From Clostridia bacterium (GTDB lineage Bacteria; Bacillota; Clostridia; Oscillospirales; SIG627): a stretch of DNA of 64,000 nucleotides. A model generated the notes under the pieces. That model did not search any database. It was not told where the DNA came from and saw only the letters and a program-made list of their open reading frames with translations. A program made the translations under genes and the position numbers. Shown here piece by piece: positions 34,350 to 43,207 of this stretch. The stretch's first letter is position 1, and each line of letters opens with the position of its first letter. The stretch lies in contig JAFQMA010000044.1 of NCBI GenBank assembly GCA_017414535.1, positions 53,125 through 117,124 of the forward strand. The letters run 5' to 3'.

Positions 34350-34771
34350 GCTGGATCGCGGGTCTCTGTCTGACGTGCATTGCGGGAAGCCTCGTAAGGC
34401 TCTGTGTGGTGCAGGATGAAAAAAGCGGCATCGGCAAGGCACTGCACTTTCTCTCTTCCCTCATTCTCGTTTTCGGAGTGATAAGTCCCTTTCTTTCCCC
34501 TTTCCCCGAAGGACTTTCTCTGCCTCAGGTGACGGTCGAAACGGGAGAAACAGTGGATGCGGCGGCCATGCTGCTGAAAAAAAGCACCGAGCGAATCCAA
34601 AAAGACGTGCAGACCGCCTTCCCGGGGATAGACTTTGATCTTGCAATCGATACTGAGGCAGAGGAAATGGAATTTATATTATCGTGCAGGGAGGAAAGAG
34701 AGGAACGGCTTCTTTGCAACTATATTGAAACAAAGTATCAGCTTCCCTGCCGACCGGCAGAAAGGAAATAG
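34346..34771 (+). CDS. spoIIIAF: stage III sporulation protein AF
   Basis: Overlapping start at ATG 34346. N-terminal TM helices, about 140 aa. Operon position. Confidence 0.75.
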   Translation: MSWIAGLCLTCIAGSLVRLCVVQDEKSGIGKALHFLSSLILVFGVISPFLSPFPEGLSLPQVTVETGETVDAAAMLLKKSTERIQKDVQTAFPGIDFDLAIDTEAEEMEFILSCREEREERLLCNYIETKYQLPCRPAERK

Positions 34772-34772
34772 C

Positions 34773-35180
34773 ATGGAAAAGTTCAAGCTTCTCTTCAAAG
34801 AAAAAAAGTTTCTCGTTCTCGCCGTAATTTTGCTTCTGGGCATCATGTTTCTTCTTTCGGGAGAATATACTTCTCACAGAACGGCAGATCAGGAGACAAC
34901 CGAGGGCATTACCGAAGCAAAAATGCTCGAGGCAAGACTTGCCGAGATCCTGGAGCAGATGGAGGGTGTGGAAAGCGCGCACGTTCTTGTGATGCTTCGG
35001 GAAAGTGTCGAGGCAGGAAGCAGTCCTCTCTACGGAAGCGAGGAGAGGAGCAAGCCCGCCGTTTGCGGGGTGAGCGTGGTCTGCAAGGGAGCAAAAAACG
35101 TTCACGTCAAGCGGAAGATCATCCTTCTGTTGGCCAGCACCCTGAATCTGAATGAAAACCAAATTTACGTAAGCGAATAA
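34773..35180 (+). CDS. spoIIIAG: stage III sporulation protein AG
   Basis: N-terminal TM helix FLVLAVILLLGIMFLL and a C-terminal GVESAHVLVM...VCGVSVVCKGA ring-forming-motif-like region. Confidence 0.8.
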   Translation: MEKFKLLFKEKKFLVLAVILLLGIMFLLSGEYTSHRTADQETTEGITEAKMLEARLAEILEQMEGVESAHVLVMLRESVEAGSSPLYGSEERSKPAVCGVSVVCKGAKNVHVKRKIILLLASTLNLNENQIYVSE

Positions 35181-35190
35181 GGAGAGCGCC

Positions 35191-35841
35191 ATGAAAAAAC
35201 TGAAAAAGATCCAAAGAAACGAAGACAATCTGCCCGTATTACCCGAGGAAGAGGCCTTGGTACCCGTAGAAGAGGGCGAGGATGACGCACTGTTTTCCGG
35301 CATGAAGAGGCTTTTGGAAAAGATCCGCCTACGTCCCTTCCCCTGGAAAAGGATCAATGCAAAAAACGCACTGATCGCCGGGTGTCTCGTGCTGATCGCG
35401 GTGGCAGGCTACCTGAATATCCGCTACGGAGGTGCCGAGGAGCCCGTGGCGCCTCCCATGCAGGAAAGCGGTGAGGAAGTGGCCGCAGAAGAGGATTTCT
35501 TCGTCAGCGCCGTCATTGACCGCGAAAGAGCCAGAGGTGAAGCGCTGGAGGTGTTGGTCAGCATTACGGAAAACGAGGATGCCACGGAGACAGCCAAGAA
35601 TGAAGCATACGATCAAATGGAACGCATCGCCAACGAGACCAGCTGGGAGATCGACATTGAAAATTTGGTAAAGGCCAAGGGCTTTGCGGAATGCGTCGCC
35701 ATTATCAGCGAGGACAGTGCCAACATCGTGGTCAATTCCAGCGGGCTGACGGGGGCAGAGATCGCCCAGATCAAGGAGATCGTCTATTTGGAATCCTCCA
35801 TTGAACCCAAGGACGTGCGCATTATCGAGAAAAGCGAATAA
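35191..35841 (+). CDS. spoIIIAH: stage III sporulation protein AH
   Basis: TM helix, then FFVSAVIDRERARGEALEVL...IENLVKAKGFAECVAIISEDSANIVV, typical of SpoIIIAH. Last gene of the operon. Confidence 0.82.
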   Translation: MKKLKKIQRNEDNLPVLPEEEALVPVEEGEDDALFSGMKRLLEKIRLRPFPWKRINAKNALIAGCLVLIAVAGYLNIRYGGAEEPVAPPMQESGEEVAAEEDFFVSAVIDRERARGEALEVLVSITENEDATETAKNEAYDQMERIANETSWEIDIENLVKAKGFAECVAIISEDSANIVVNSSGLTGAEIAQIKEIVYLESSIEPKDVRIIEKSE

Positions 35842-35845
35842 AAGA

Positions 35846-35875
35846 AAAAAAGCTTGCTTAAAGCAAGCTTTTTTT
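35846..35875. terminator. bidirectional terminator between spoIIIAH and the CAP-domain gene
   Basis: AAAAAGCTTGC-ttaaa-GCAAGCTTTTT palindrome. Confidence 0.85.
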
Positions 35876-37151
35876 ACGGCCTGTAGAAGACCTGAGCACC
35901 GAAGACCCCCTCTTCGCTGTAGGCAAAACCACAGCCCACGTGAGAAAATTCTTTGTGCAGAAGGTTGGCGCGGTGTCCCGGAGAATGGAGGTACGCATCG
36001 CAAACAAAAAAGGCATTGACATAGCCGTGGGATATATTTTCACCCCACCAGCTCCACTGAATACCGGCATTTTCCAAGCGATCTCCCGTCTTCCCGTCGT
36101 GATCAAATTCCATATTGGGATCAGTCAGGAGAGAGGCGTAACCCTCGGCAATGCCCTCCACCGTTGCGGAATAGGTAAAGGGAGCAAGGCCCGCTCTGTG
36201 ACGCAAAGCGTTGATAAAATAAAAGGAAAGCCTTTGCTGGACTCCAAAATCCGCGAGGATACGCGGATCGGTCATATAATCGTAGTTACATTCCTCGTAA
36301 TGGAACCACAGGGCGTAGCCTGCGCCCGTTTGCGGATCGGTAAAGGAGACGATGCGGCTGGATTCCACCGTAAGATAATGGGTGTCGGACATGGGATCCT
36401 TCTTTCCGTCGGGGAAAGCAGCAACAGAAAAGGAGTCGGCGCCGATGAGAATGCGAGCGGTGGGATCGAAGGTAAGCACGCCCCACAGGCCGTTTTTATC
36501 CGTTTGGATCACGGTGGTGGTGGCGAGATCCTCAGCATAAACCAGACTCATCAGATCCCCTTCCCAGAGAATCTCGGTGGGTGCGCCCAGCTTCAGCATC
36601 ACGGAGGATGCGCTTTCATCAAAGCGAAGCTTGGTGTTTAGCACGTAAATGGGATCGGACTGCGCATCGCCGCAGCGACGGCAGACCCCCTGCATATAAT
36701 CATGCCCCAAAGCAGCAGACACCGTCTTGCCGCATCGGGTGCAGATACCGCCCTTGTCGCAGGAAGCAGCCACAGGCAGGCTGTGGCCCAAAGGAGAAAG
36801 CTTGCGCTGATCCGCCATGCCGCAGTCGCAGAGATAAAGCTCACTCCCCGCGCGCTCGCAATCGGGCGCGGTGTGGCTCTTCAGGTGCCAGGAATGCGTG
36901 TGCGTCGGCGTTTCCTGACGGCTCGTAACCGGCGGTGGCGGTACGGGCAGAGAGGGCTCCGTTTGGGTAGGAGGGGCTTCCGTTTCTTCTTCCTCCGTAT
37001 CCGTTTGCAGTTCCGTTCCCTGCGAAACGATCTCTTCCCTTTCCTCCTCCGCAATAGCCGTTTCGGCAGGAAGAGTAGCCTTGCCGCAGGCAGAAAGAAG
37101 CAGGAAAAGAAAAACGGAAAGAAGCGCTGTAATGCGACGGACGGAAATCAT
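35874..37151 (-). CDS. lipoprotein with Cys-rich ribbon segment and C-terminal CAP/SCP (YkwD-like) domain
   Basis: Lipobox LLLSAC. CxxC-type pairs PDCERAGSELYLCDCG...ICTRCG...VCRRCG. CAP motifs WGENISHG and HSPGHRANLL..FSHVGCGFA. Confidence 0.8.
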   Translation of the reverse strand: MISVRRITALLSVFLFLLLSACGKATLPAETAIAEEEREEIVSQGTELQTDTEEEETEAPPTQTEPSLPVPPPPVTSRQETPTHTHSWHLKSHTAPDCERAGSELYLCDCGMADQRKLSPLGHSLPVAASCDKGGICTRCGKTVSAALGHDYMQGVCRRCGDAQSDPIYVLNTKLRFDESASSVMLKLGAPTEILWEGDLMSLVYAEDLATTTVIQTDKNGLWGVLTFDPTARILIGADSFSVAAFPDGKKDPMSDTHYLTVESSRIVSFTDPQTGAGYALWFHYEECNYDYMTDPRILADFGVQQRLSFYFINALRHRAGLAPFTYSATVEGIAEGYASLLTDPNMEFDHDGKTGDRLENAGIQWSWWGENISHGYVNAFFVCDAYLHSPGHRANLLHKEFSHVGCGFAYSEEGVFGAQVFYRP

Positions 37152-37789
37152 TTTAAGGAAGCGGCATCCAGGAGGATCTGCTCGCGGATGCGATCCAGAG
37201 AGGCGGTATTACCGTGACCGGGGCAAAGCTTGATGCCGCTTTCGAGAGACGCGACCCTTTCTAAAGAAACGGAGAGCTTTTCGCGATCGCCGCCCCAAAG
37301 ATCGTAGCGTCCAAAGCCGTAGGCAAACACCGTATCGCCGCAAAGGAGATTATTTTCCAATCGGAAGCACACGGAGCCGGGAGTATGACCGGGTGTGTGC
37401 ATGACGGTAAAGGAGAAGGAGCCCAGATCGATCACGTCACCGTCCTCAAGGAGCACCTCTGCCTCGGTGCGGGGATAAAATTCAATATCACCGCGGTAAA
37501 AAAAGGCGGCTCCGTTTTTCCAAGGGTCGGAAAGAAGCAGGGCATCCTCCTTATGACAGCAAAGCTTGGCTCCGCTGAGAGAGACCAGCTCTTTGGCTCC
37601 GAGGGAATGATCAAAATGGCCATGAGTAAGCAGAACGTGGGTGGGACGCAAGCCCTTGGAGCAGAGCTTTTCCCAGATTCCGCGGCCATCCATTCCCGGA
37701 TCGATCACGGCGCAGGCGCCGGTTTCGTCAAAGACAAAGTAGGTATTGGTACGAAGGTCGCCCATACAAAAAGTCAGAATTTTCGTCAA
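37148..37789 (-). CDS. MBL-fold metallo-hydrolase
   Basis: THGHFDH (HxHxDH) motif, HTPGHTPGS, and 213-aa glyoxalase-II-like length. Confidence 0.88.
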   Translation of the reverse strand: MTKILTFCMGDLRTNTYFVFDETGACAVIDPGMDGRGIWEKLCSKGLRPTHVLLTHGHFDHSLGAKELVSLSGAKLCCHKEDALLLSDPWKNGAAFFYRGDIEFYPRTEAEVLLEDGDVIDLGSFSFTVMHTPGHTPGSVCFRLENNLLCGDTVFAYGFGRYDLWGGDREKLSVSLERVASLESGIKLCPGHGNTASLDRIREQILLDAASLK

Positions 37790-37802
37790 AGCAAAGGTCC
37801 TT

Positions 37803-39005
37803 TCAGAAGCTGATGATCTCGTTGAAGCAATCGATGGCGTAGCGATCGCTCATGCCTGCAATGTAGGAGATGACCGCGTGGGCATAATCCTTTTCGTAGG
37901 AAATGTCAAAAACAGCGTCGTTCTGCAGGCGCCAGTCACGCAAGAGGGTGCTGTAGGTGCAGATCCACTCATAAAAATAGGTAGCGACCTTGGGATAATT
38001 CTGCTTCAGCTCATTGAGGCGGGCAAGGGTATTTTCTCCGTCGAAGCAACCGAAGAGAATATCAAAGATCTCGCGGATCATGATCTCAAAGAAATTCTCC
38101 GCACGGGTCACACGGGGAGCGCGGTAGATGTATTTGAGGTTAAACTCACCCAAAAGACGGATAAAATCGTTGGTGCGATCGGAGAAGCATATGCCGTTCT
38201 CTGCATCACTATTGATGCACAGATCGTGAATGAGGTGATTGATGATAACGGTGTTGTTGATATGATCGCCGCAGTACTCCCCTACCAGCCCGCAAAGCTC
38301 ATCCATGTTTTCGGGGGTAAGCACGCCCAGTGCCAGGGCATCCTCAATATCGCGACCGATATAGGAGATGCGGTCGGACATTTTCACAACACAGCCCTCG
38401 TAGGTGAAGGCCTCCCTTTCTCCGGGGCGGGTCAGGGTATAAAGATCGATGGCCTCGTCACGGGGGAACAGGTGATTTTGGGTAGCCTCGCCACAGTGGG
38501 AGATCAGACCGTCACGGACGGCGTAGGTCAAATTGAGATTTTGCTTTCTGCGCTGATCATCCTCCAGAAGACCCAGGGAGTCCACCAGGAAAAGGCTGTT
38601 CTTCTCGTGCCAAAAGCTTTCGCCCCGTACGGTTTTGGAAATATCGTTCAGCACACGCTCCCCCTTATGGCCGAAGGGAGAATGTCCCAGATCGTGGCCT
38701 ACGGCAATGGCACTGACAAGCTGTGTGTTCAGCCCCAAGGAATCGGCAATGGTGGTGGCAATGGATTCCACGTGCAGCACATGCTCGATCCTCGTACAGA
38801 TATGATCGCTCTGAGGAGAGAAGAACACCTGCGTTTTGTGCTTTAATCTGCGAAAGGCGGAGGAATGGATGATGCGGGTATAGTCACGCAGGAAGGGACT
38901 GCGAGGATCGTTGGGACGCTCGTAGATCTCCTTTTCGCGGTGAATGGCCGCTTCCCACTTTTCATTTTGCTTTGTCATGGCAAAGCGTGACAGCTTTTTC
39001 TCCAT
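37803..39005 (-). CDS. dGTPase-like HD-domain triphosphohydrolase
   Basis: RDYTRIIHSSAFRRLKHKTQVF, TRIEHVLHV and GHDLGHSPFGH motifs of the Dgt family. Confidence 0.88.
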   Translation of the reverse strand: MEKKLSRFAMTKQNEKWEAAIHREKEIYERPNDPRSPFLRDYTRIIHSSAFRRLKHKTQVFFSPQSDHICTRIEHVLHVESIATTIADSLGLNTQLVSAIAVGHDLGHSPFGHKGERVLNDISKTVRGESFWHEKNSLFLVDSLGLLEDDQRRKQNLNLTYAVRDGLISHCGEATQNHLFPRDEAIDLYTLTRPGEREAFTYEGCVVKMSDRISYIGRDIEDALALGVLTPENMDELCGLVGEYCGDHINNTVIINHLIHDLCINSDAENGICFSDRTNDFIRLLGEFNLKYIYRAPRVTRAENFFEIMIREIFDILFGCFDGENTLARLNELKQNYPKVATYFYEWICTYSTLLRDWRLQNDAVFDISYEKDYAHAVISYIAGMSDRYAIDCFNEIISF

Positions 39006-39015
39006 ATAATCTCCT

Positions 39016-39513
39016 TTACAGCTTCATTCTGGGACGGATCTTCAAAATATACCAGATGAGAAAACGGTCCAGCAAGATATCGTACAAAACGAACATCAGA
39101 TTACCGAGAACCAAAAGAATGCCATAGATCAGCTTCGTTTCCAGACCTGTCAGAAAGGCAGATAGGGCCAGCACCAGGATCAGGGCGGCATTAAAGATCA
39201 CCGTTTTGACCACGCGGCACAGCACGGGCGGCAGCTGATGGAGCTTCTTCTGGGCGATGGGATACCAGCCGAAAAGCACCAGAAAGCACAGAGGGCCCGA
39301 GCGCATGGGAAGAAGCATGGACAAAACGGCGGACACCGCAAACACGGCAAGACCGATGCGGTCACCGTATTCGGTAGCACAGATCATGACCACTAATCCC
39401 GCAATCACCGCAAGGGACAGATCCAAGGATTCAACAATGCTTCCGATGGCCAATATGGCCACGCAAAGGGCCGCCATCAGGGCGGCGGCAGTCAGCGTCT
39501 TGGTCTTTTTCAT
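39016..39513 (-). CDS. small polytopic membrane protein, family unknown
   Basis: 165 aa with about 5 hydrophobic helices. Start is 1 nt after the stop of the J-domain gene. Confidence 0.7.
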   Translation of the reverse strand: MKKTKTLTAAALMAALCVAILAIGSIVESLDLSLAVIAGLVVMICATEYGDRIGLAVFAVSAVLSMLLPMRSGPLCFLVLFGWYPIAQKKLHQLPPVLCRVVKTVIFNAALILVLALSAFLTGLETKLIYGILLVLGNLMFVLYDILLDRFLIWYILKIRPRMKL

Positions 39514-39514
39514 A

Positions 39515-40102
39515 TCAACAGCAGCTGATCAGGTCACCGCCACAGCATTCGCAAAGGCAGTCGGCACAGATCAGATGAGAACAAATATCGCAGGTGTTGC
39601 ATTCGCGGTAGGTGCCGCCCGGGCCGTAGGAGCCGTAATTTCTCTGGGCTCCTGCAAAGCGCTGGTACATGGCGGCGTATTCCCCGTTCTGAGGCTCCAT
39701 GCGATGAGCCGCTTCAAAAAAGGAGGCGGCGGCGTTATAATTGCGCTTCTGCATGGCACAAAGGCCCTTGAGATAATGCCATTCGGCGGGGCGATCGCTC
39801 GTGCCGTCCAGGGCGACCTCAGCCTCCATGATACGGCCCGCGCCGATGAGCTCGCGGATACGTCGAAGATCGGCACTGCCTGCAGAGGAGCCCTGACCGT
39901 AGGAGGAGCCACCAGCTCTGCGGCGGAGCACCTCGTCGTAGGCCTCGTTGATCTCCTTCATTTTTTCGCCTGCAATATCCGAGAATTCGGTGTTGGCGTA
40001 ATTGTCCGGATGATATTTTTTGGCAAGCTCGCGATAAGCCTTTTTGATCTCGTCCTCGCTTGCTTCGGGGCTGACGCCCAGTACCTTGTAGGGATCTCTC
40101 AT
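39515..40102 (-). CDS. J-domain protein with C-terminal cysteine string
   Basis: J domain [21 protein letters not shown] (HPD motif). The last 28 aa, [28 protein letters not shown], hold 10 Cys. Confidence 0.85.
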   Translation of the reverse strand: MRDPYKVLGVSPEASEDEIKKAYRELAKKYHPDNYANTEFSDIAGEKMKEINEAYDEVLRRRAGGSSYGQGSSAGSADLRRIRELIGAGRIMEAEVALDGTSDRPAEWHYLKGLCAMQKRNYNAAASFFEAAHRMEPQNGEYAAMYQRFAGAQRNYGSYGPGGTYRECNTCDICSHLICADCLCECCGGDLISCC

Positions 40103-40977
40103 TGGTTTTTCTTCCTCTCGGGTTTGATCATGGGATGCACAACGCTTGGCAATCCCAGGGTGATGATATTATTCAATACGGCGTACTCCGAACGGTCTGT
40201 ATCGGTCAGGTCCAACAGCTTTTTCATTTCGGCAATATAGAAGGATAAAACGAGATCCAGCTCCGAAAAATGAAGCCTTGCCTCCTCCACCGTGCCGTAG
40301 GCGGAAAGAAGAGGGTTATAGCATTTCTTTTCCGCATCCCGCTCCAAATCGTCCAGTGCGTCCACGGTATAAAGAAAGCGGCCCGCAAGGTCACCCATAG
40401 CGGAAAGGAGCTTCTGCTCTCTCCCCTCGGTGCCGTAGGAAAAGACGGCGGAAAGGGCCTCGGCAAAGGAGCCGCAAAGCCGATCCAGCTCTGCCCCCTC
40501 GCTCTCGATTCGGCGCCCCTCTATCATAGTCTTGTGAACGCGATCGCACAGGGCGGAAAATTCCGACTCCCGCTTCTTTATCCTTTTCAGGCATCGCCTC
40601 ATGGACGGAAGCGTCAGTCGGATGACAAGACGGCGCAGCGGTGAGCTGTCACGGTCTGCAAGATCATCCTCCATTTTCTCCTTCGTCAACAAAAGAGAAG
40701 CGAGGGCTGCATGAGCTAAAGCCGGGTTATCCTTGATACGCTGTTTCTTTTTACCGAAGGGATGAAGGATGCAAAACTGCCCCTCCACCTCGGGAGTAAC
40801 GTCACAAAGAAGCATTCTCAGCGTAGCGAGAAATACAAAATCATAGCTGAAAAAAGGAAGAAGCGCGACCGTGGTATTCTTTCTGACGGAATGGCAAAGA
40901 CCGCAGTAGATCGCCTCGTACAGGCGATGGTGCTTAACGAGCAATTCACCCGTATTGCAACGAACGTATCCAAACAT
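40099..40977 (-). CDS. DUF5685-like protein
   Basis: Starts [36 protein letters not shown] Shine-Dalgarno before ATG 40977. ATGA overlap with the J-domain gene. Confidence 0.65.
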   Translation of the reverse strand: MFGYVRCNTGELLVKHHRLYEAIYCGLCHSVRKNTTVALLPFFSYDFVFLATLRMLLCDVTPEVEGQFCILHPFGKKKQRIKDNPALAHAALASLLLTKEKMEDDLADRDSSPLRRLVIRLTLPSMRRCLKRIKKRESEFSALCDRVHKTMIEGRRIESEGAELDRLCGSFAEALSAVFSYGTEGREQKLLSAMGDLAGRFLYTVDALDDLERDAEKKCYNPLLSAYGTVEEARLHFSELDLVLSFYIAEMKKLLDLTDTDRSEYAVLNNIITLGLPSVVHPMIKPERKKNQ

Positions 40978-41049
40978 GATTAAACTTCTCCTTATACCTT
41001 GATTATACACGAAGAAGCGTGCAATTTCCATAGTTTTTCAGAAAAAAAC

Positions 41050-41078
41050 TTGCAATGAAGCCCCATTTCTTTTATAAT
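41050..41078 (+). promoter_or_regulatory. sigma-A type promoter
   Basis: TTGCAA (41050..41055), 17-nt spacer, TATAAT (41073..41078). Confidence 0.65.
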
Positions 41079-41112
41079 GGGTCAAAGGCTTATTTCATCA
41101 TAGGAGACGAAC

Positions 41113-41703
41113 ATGAACTATAAGATAATTCGCGGAACGAGAGAGGATCTTGACCGTGCAGAACAGGGCGACCTGTCCTTTGCACTGTGGGGCACCACCT
41201 ACACCCCCGAGTGCCATTTTTACGGCGTTTACAACGAGGACGGCTTTGTTTTCCGTCTGACCTGCCGCGAGAAGGATCCCCGCATTACCTATCTTACGCC
41301 CGGCGGTGAGGTATGCGAGGATAGCTGTCTGGAATTCTTCTGTAACTTCGCGCCCCACAAAACAAATGCTTTCATCAACTTTGAAATGAATGCCGGTGGC
41401 GCATGGCTATTCGGTATCGGTCCCGACCGCTATCAGAGAACGGATCTGTCTCATACGGCGGGCTTTACCGTAGAAGCAGAGCGAAACGCGGAGTCCTGGC
41501 AGGTGACCCTGACCGTGCCAAAAACGGAGCTGGAGAAGCTCTACGGTCCTCTTACCCTGGAAAAGGGCGTCATTCTTACGGGTAACGTTTACAAATGCGG
41601 CGACCTGACGGAGGAGCCCCATTACCTCTCCTGGTCCAATATGAATCCCAAGGTGCTGGATTTTCACAGACCCGACCGTTTCGGCACCTTTGAACTGACT
41701 TAA
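41113..41703 (+). CDS. cytoplasmic CBM9/DOMON-like domain protein
   Basis: 196 aa, no signal peptide. The pattern CEDSCLEFFCNF...INFEMNAGG resembles carbohydrate-binding family 9-like proteins. Weak assignment made by eye. Confidence 0.45.
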   Translation: MNYKIIRGTREDLDRAEQGDLSFALWGTTYTPECHFYGVYNEDGFVFRLTCREKDPRITYLTPGGEVCEDSCLEFFCNFAPHKTNAFINFEMNAGGAWLFGIGPDRYQRTDLSHTAGFTVEAERNAESWQVTLTVPKTELEKLYGPLTLEKGVILTGNVYKCGDLTEEPHYLSWSNMNPKVLDFHRPDRFGTFELT

Positions 41704-42291
41704 GTGTTTCTGTTTCGAACGGGTCCCATTCGCCAGAGCTTTCGCTCCATCCCTTCACTGGAAACGGAGCGGCTGATCCTGCGCAAGATCCTGCCGCGGG
41801 ACGAGGCGGATATGTACGAATATGCCCGCGATCCAGAAACCAGCCGCTATCTTTTATGGGAGCCTCATACCTCCCGCGCCTACACCGCCGCCCACATCCG
41901 CTATCTGCAGGAGCAGTACCGCAAGGGATGCTTTTTCGATTGGGCTCTGGTTTTAAAGGATACGGGCAAAATGATCGGCACCTGCGGCTTTACGGAGATC
42001 TACGAAAAGAAGCTTTCTGCCGAGGTGGGCTACGTGCTCTCGCCCCGCTATCACCGTCAGGGGCTGGCTCCCGAGGCGCTGGCACGGGTCATGGAATACG
42101 GCTTCGAGACCTTAGGGCTAAAAAAGCTTTCGGGGCGCTTTATGGAGCATAATGAGGCAAGCCGAAAGGTTCTGACACGCTTCGGCTTTACGCCCGATCC
42201 CAAAGGAAAGGAATACTTTTACAAGCGGGGGCAAAAAGAAGAGATCCTGACCTATTCCCTGCTTTTTGAGGATTACGAAAAAACTCTGTAG
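41704..42291 (+). CDS. GNAT-family N-acetyltransferase (RimJ/RimL-like)
   Basis: ETERLILRKILPRDEADMYEY and RYHRQGLAPEAL..FETLGLKKL motifs. GTG start abuts the upstream stop. Confidence 0.8.
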   Translation: MFLFRTGPIRQSFRSIPSLETERLILRKILPRDEADMYEYARDPETSRYLLWEPHTSRAYTAAHIRYLQEQYRKGCFFDWALVLKDTGKMIGTCGFTEIYEKKLSAEVGYVLSPRYHRQGLAPEALARVMEYGFETLGLKKLSGRFMEHNEASRKVLTRFGFTPDPKGKEYFYKRGQKEEILTYSLLFEDYEKTL

Positions 42292-42304
42292 CGAGCTACA
42301 GAGT
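42283..42304. terminator. bidirectional hairpin overlapping both convergent stop codons
   Basis: ACTCTGTAGC-ga-GCTACAGAGT, with an A-run before and TTTTTTT after. Confidence 0.7.
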
Positions 42305-43168
42305 TTTTTTATTGCGTTGCAGAAAAAGGGTGAGAAGAGCCTCATCCCCATCGGAAAATTTGCGGGCAAACAGGCAGGGAGTGGAAAAAAGGGCCTCGGT
42401 ATCCTCCAAAGTAAAAACGTAAGGGTTACCTCGCTCCCAATCCACAAGGCGTAGGTTGGAGGGCACCCCATTCTCCTCATATCGACTTTCCCAAAAGGGG
42501 CTTTCGCGCAGGAGAGTGGGAAGAAAGATCTCGTCACAGCAAAAGGTGGCACAGTATTTTTGAAGTATTTCTCGTTCCTTAGCGAGCAAAAAGCGGGCAA
42601 AGGCAGGGGTAATGCTGAAGTAGGCCGAGCCCTTTAGGCGAGGAGACGTATCCGCGCGGGTACGGTCGATGCCAAAAAGACGCTGAAGAGCCAAAAGCCC
42701 CTTTGTCAGCCACGGTACACGGTGGGTACCGCGCAGTTCCTGCAGGGGGTAATAATACCGATAACGCAGGGCAGTTTCGGGACGGCAGGGTACCTCCTCG
42801 ATACGGACGAATTCCCTTCCCTCGTGAGCATCGAAAAAAGCCAGGATTTCCTCAATGGGACGAAGGGGAAGATCCGCGCCTGAAAGAAGATGGAGAAAGG
42901 CAAAATCCCCCAGAGTCAGCGCCTTTTTCAGGAGAGAAAGCTCGCATCGGATCTGACTTTCTCCGCCCCAATAGACGGGCTCGGACGGCATGCGGATAAG
43001 GGTGCCTTCCTTCACGTAGGAAGCGGGATCGAAGTCCCCGGGAAGACGCGCCTTTTTATCCAAATGAAGGAGGATCGTGCTGCGGGGATGATCCAAAAGG
43101 GTAAGCTGTGTGCCCAGGGTCTTATAGTTTCCGTGGGCCATGATCAAAAAAGCGTGTGGTTTCATCAT
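42296..43168 (-). CDS. glycosyltransferase family 14-like (core-2/I-branching type) protein
   Basis: MKPHAFLIMAHGNYKTLGTQLTLLDHPRSTILLHLDKK resembles the N-terminus of Branch-domain glycosyltransferases. No obvious Shine-Dalgarno. Confidence 0.55.
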   Translation of the reverse strand: MMKPHAFLIMAHGNYKTLGTQLTLLDHPRSTILLHLDKKARLPGDFDPASYVKEGTLIRMPSEPVYWGGESQIRCELSLLKKALTLGDFAFLHLLSGADLPLRPIEEILAFFDAHEGREFVRIEEVPCRPETALRYRYYYPLQELRGTHRVPWLTKGLLALQRLFGIDRTRADTSPRLKGSAYFSITPAFARFLLAKEREILQKYCATFCCDEIFLPTLLRESPFWESRYEENGVPSNLRLVDWERGNPYVFTLEDTEALFSTPCLFARKFSDGDEALLTLFLQRNKKTL

Positions 43169-43169
43169 A

Positions 43170-43199
43170 AAAAAGAAGAGGGGTAATTTCTTACCCCTC
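43170..43199 (-). terminator. rho-independent terminator after ftsZ
   Basis: GAGGGGTAA-gaaa-TTACCCCTC (read on the minus strand), followed by a T-rich run. Confidence 0.75.
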
Positions 43200-43207
43200 G
43201 TTTTTAA

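Noticed and set aside
37746-40240. Plus-strand ORFs 37746..38846 (366 aa) and 39257..40240 (327 aa).
   Set aside because: They are antisense to the dGTPase-like gene (HD motifs) and to the membrane and J-domain genes (HPD motif). They have low-complexity composition and no translation signals.
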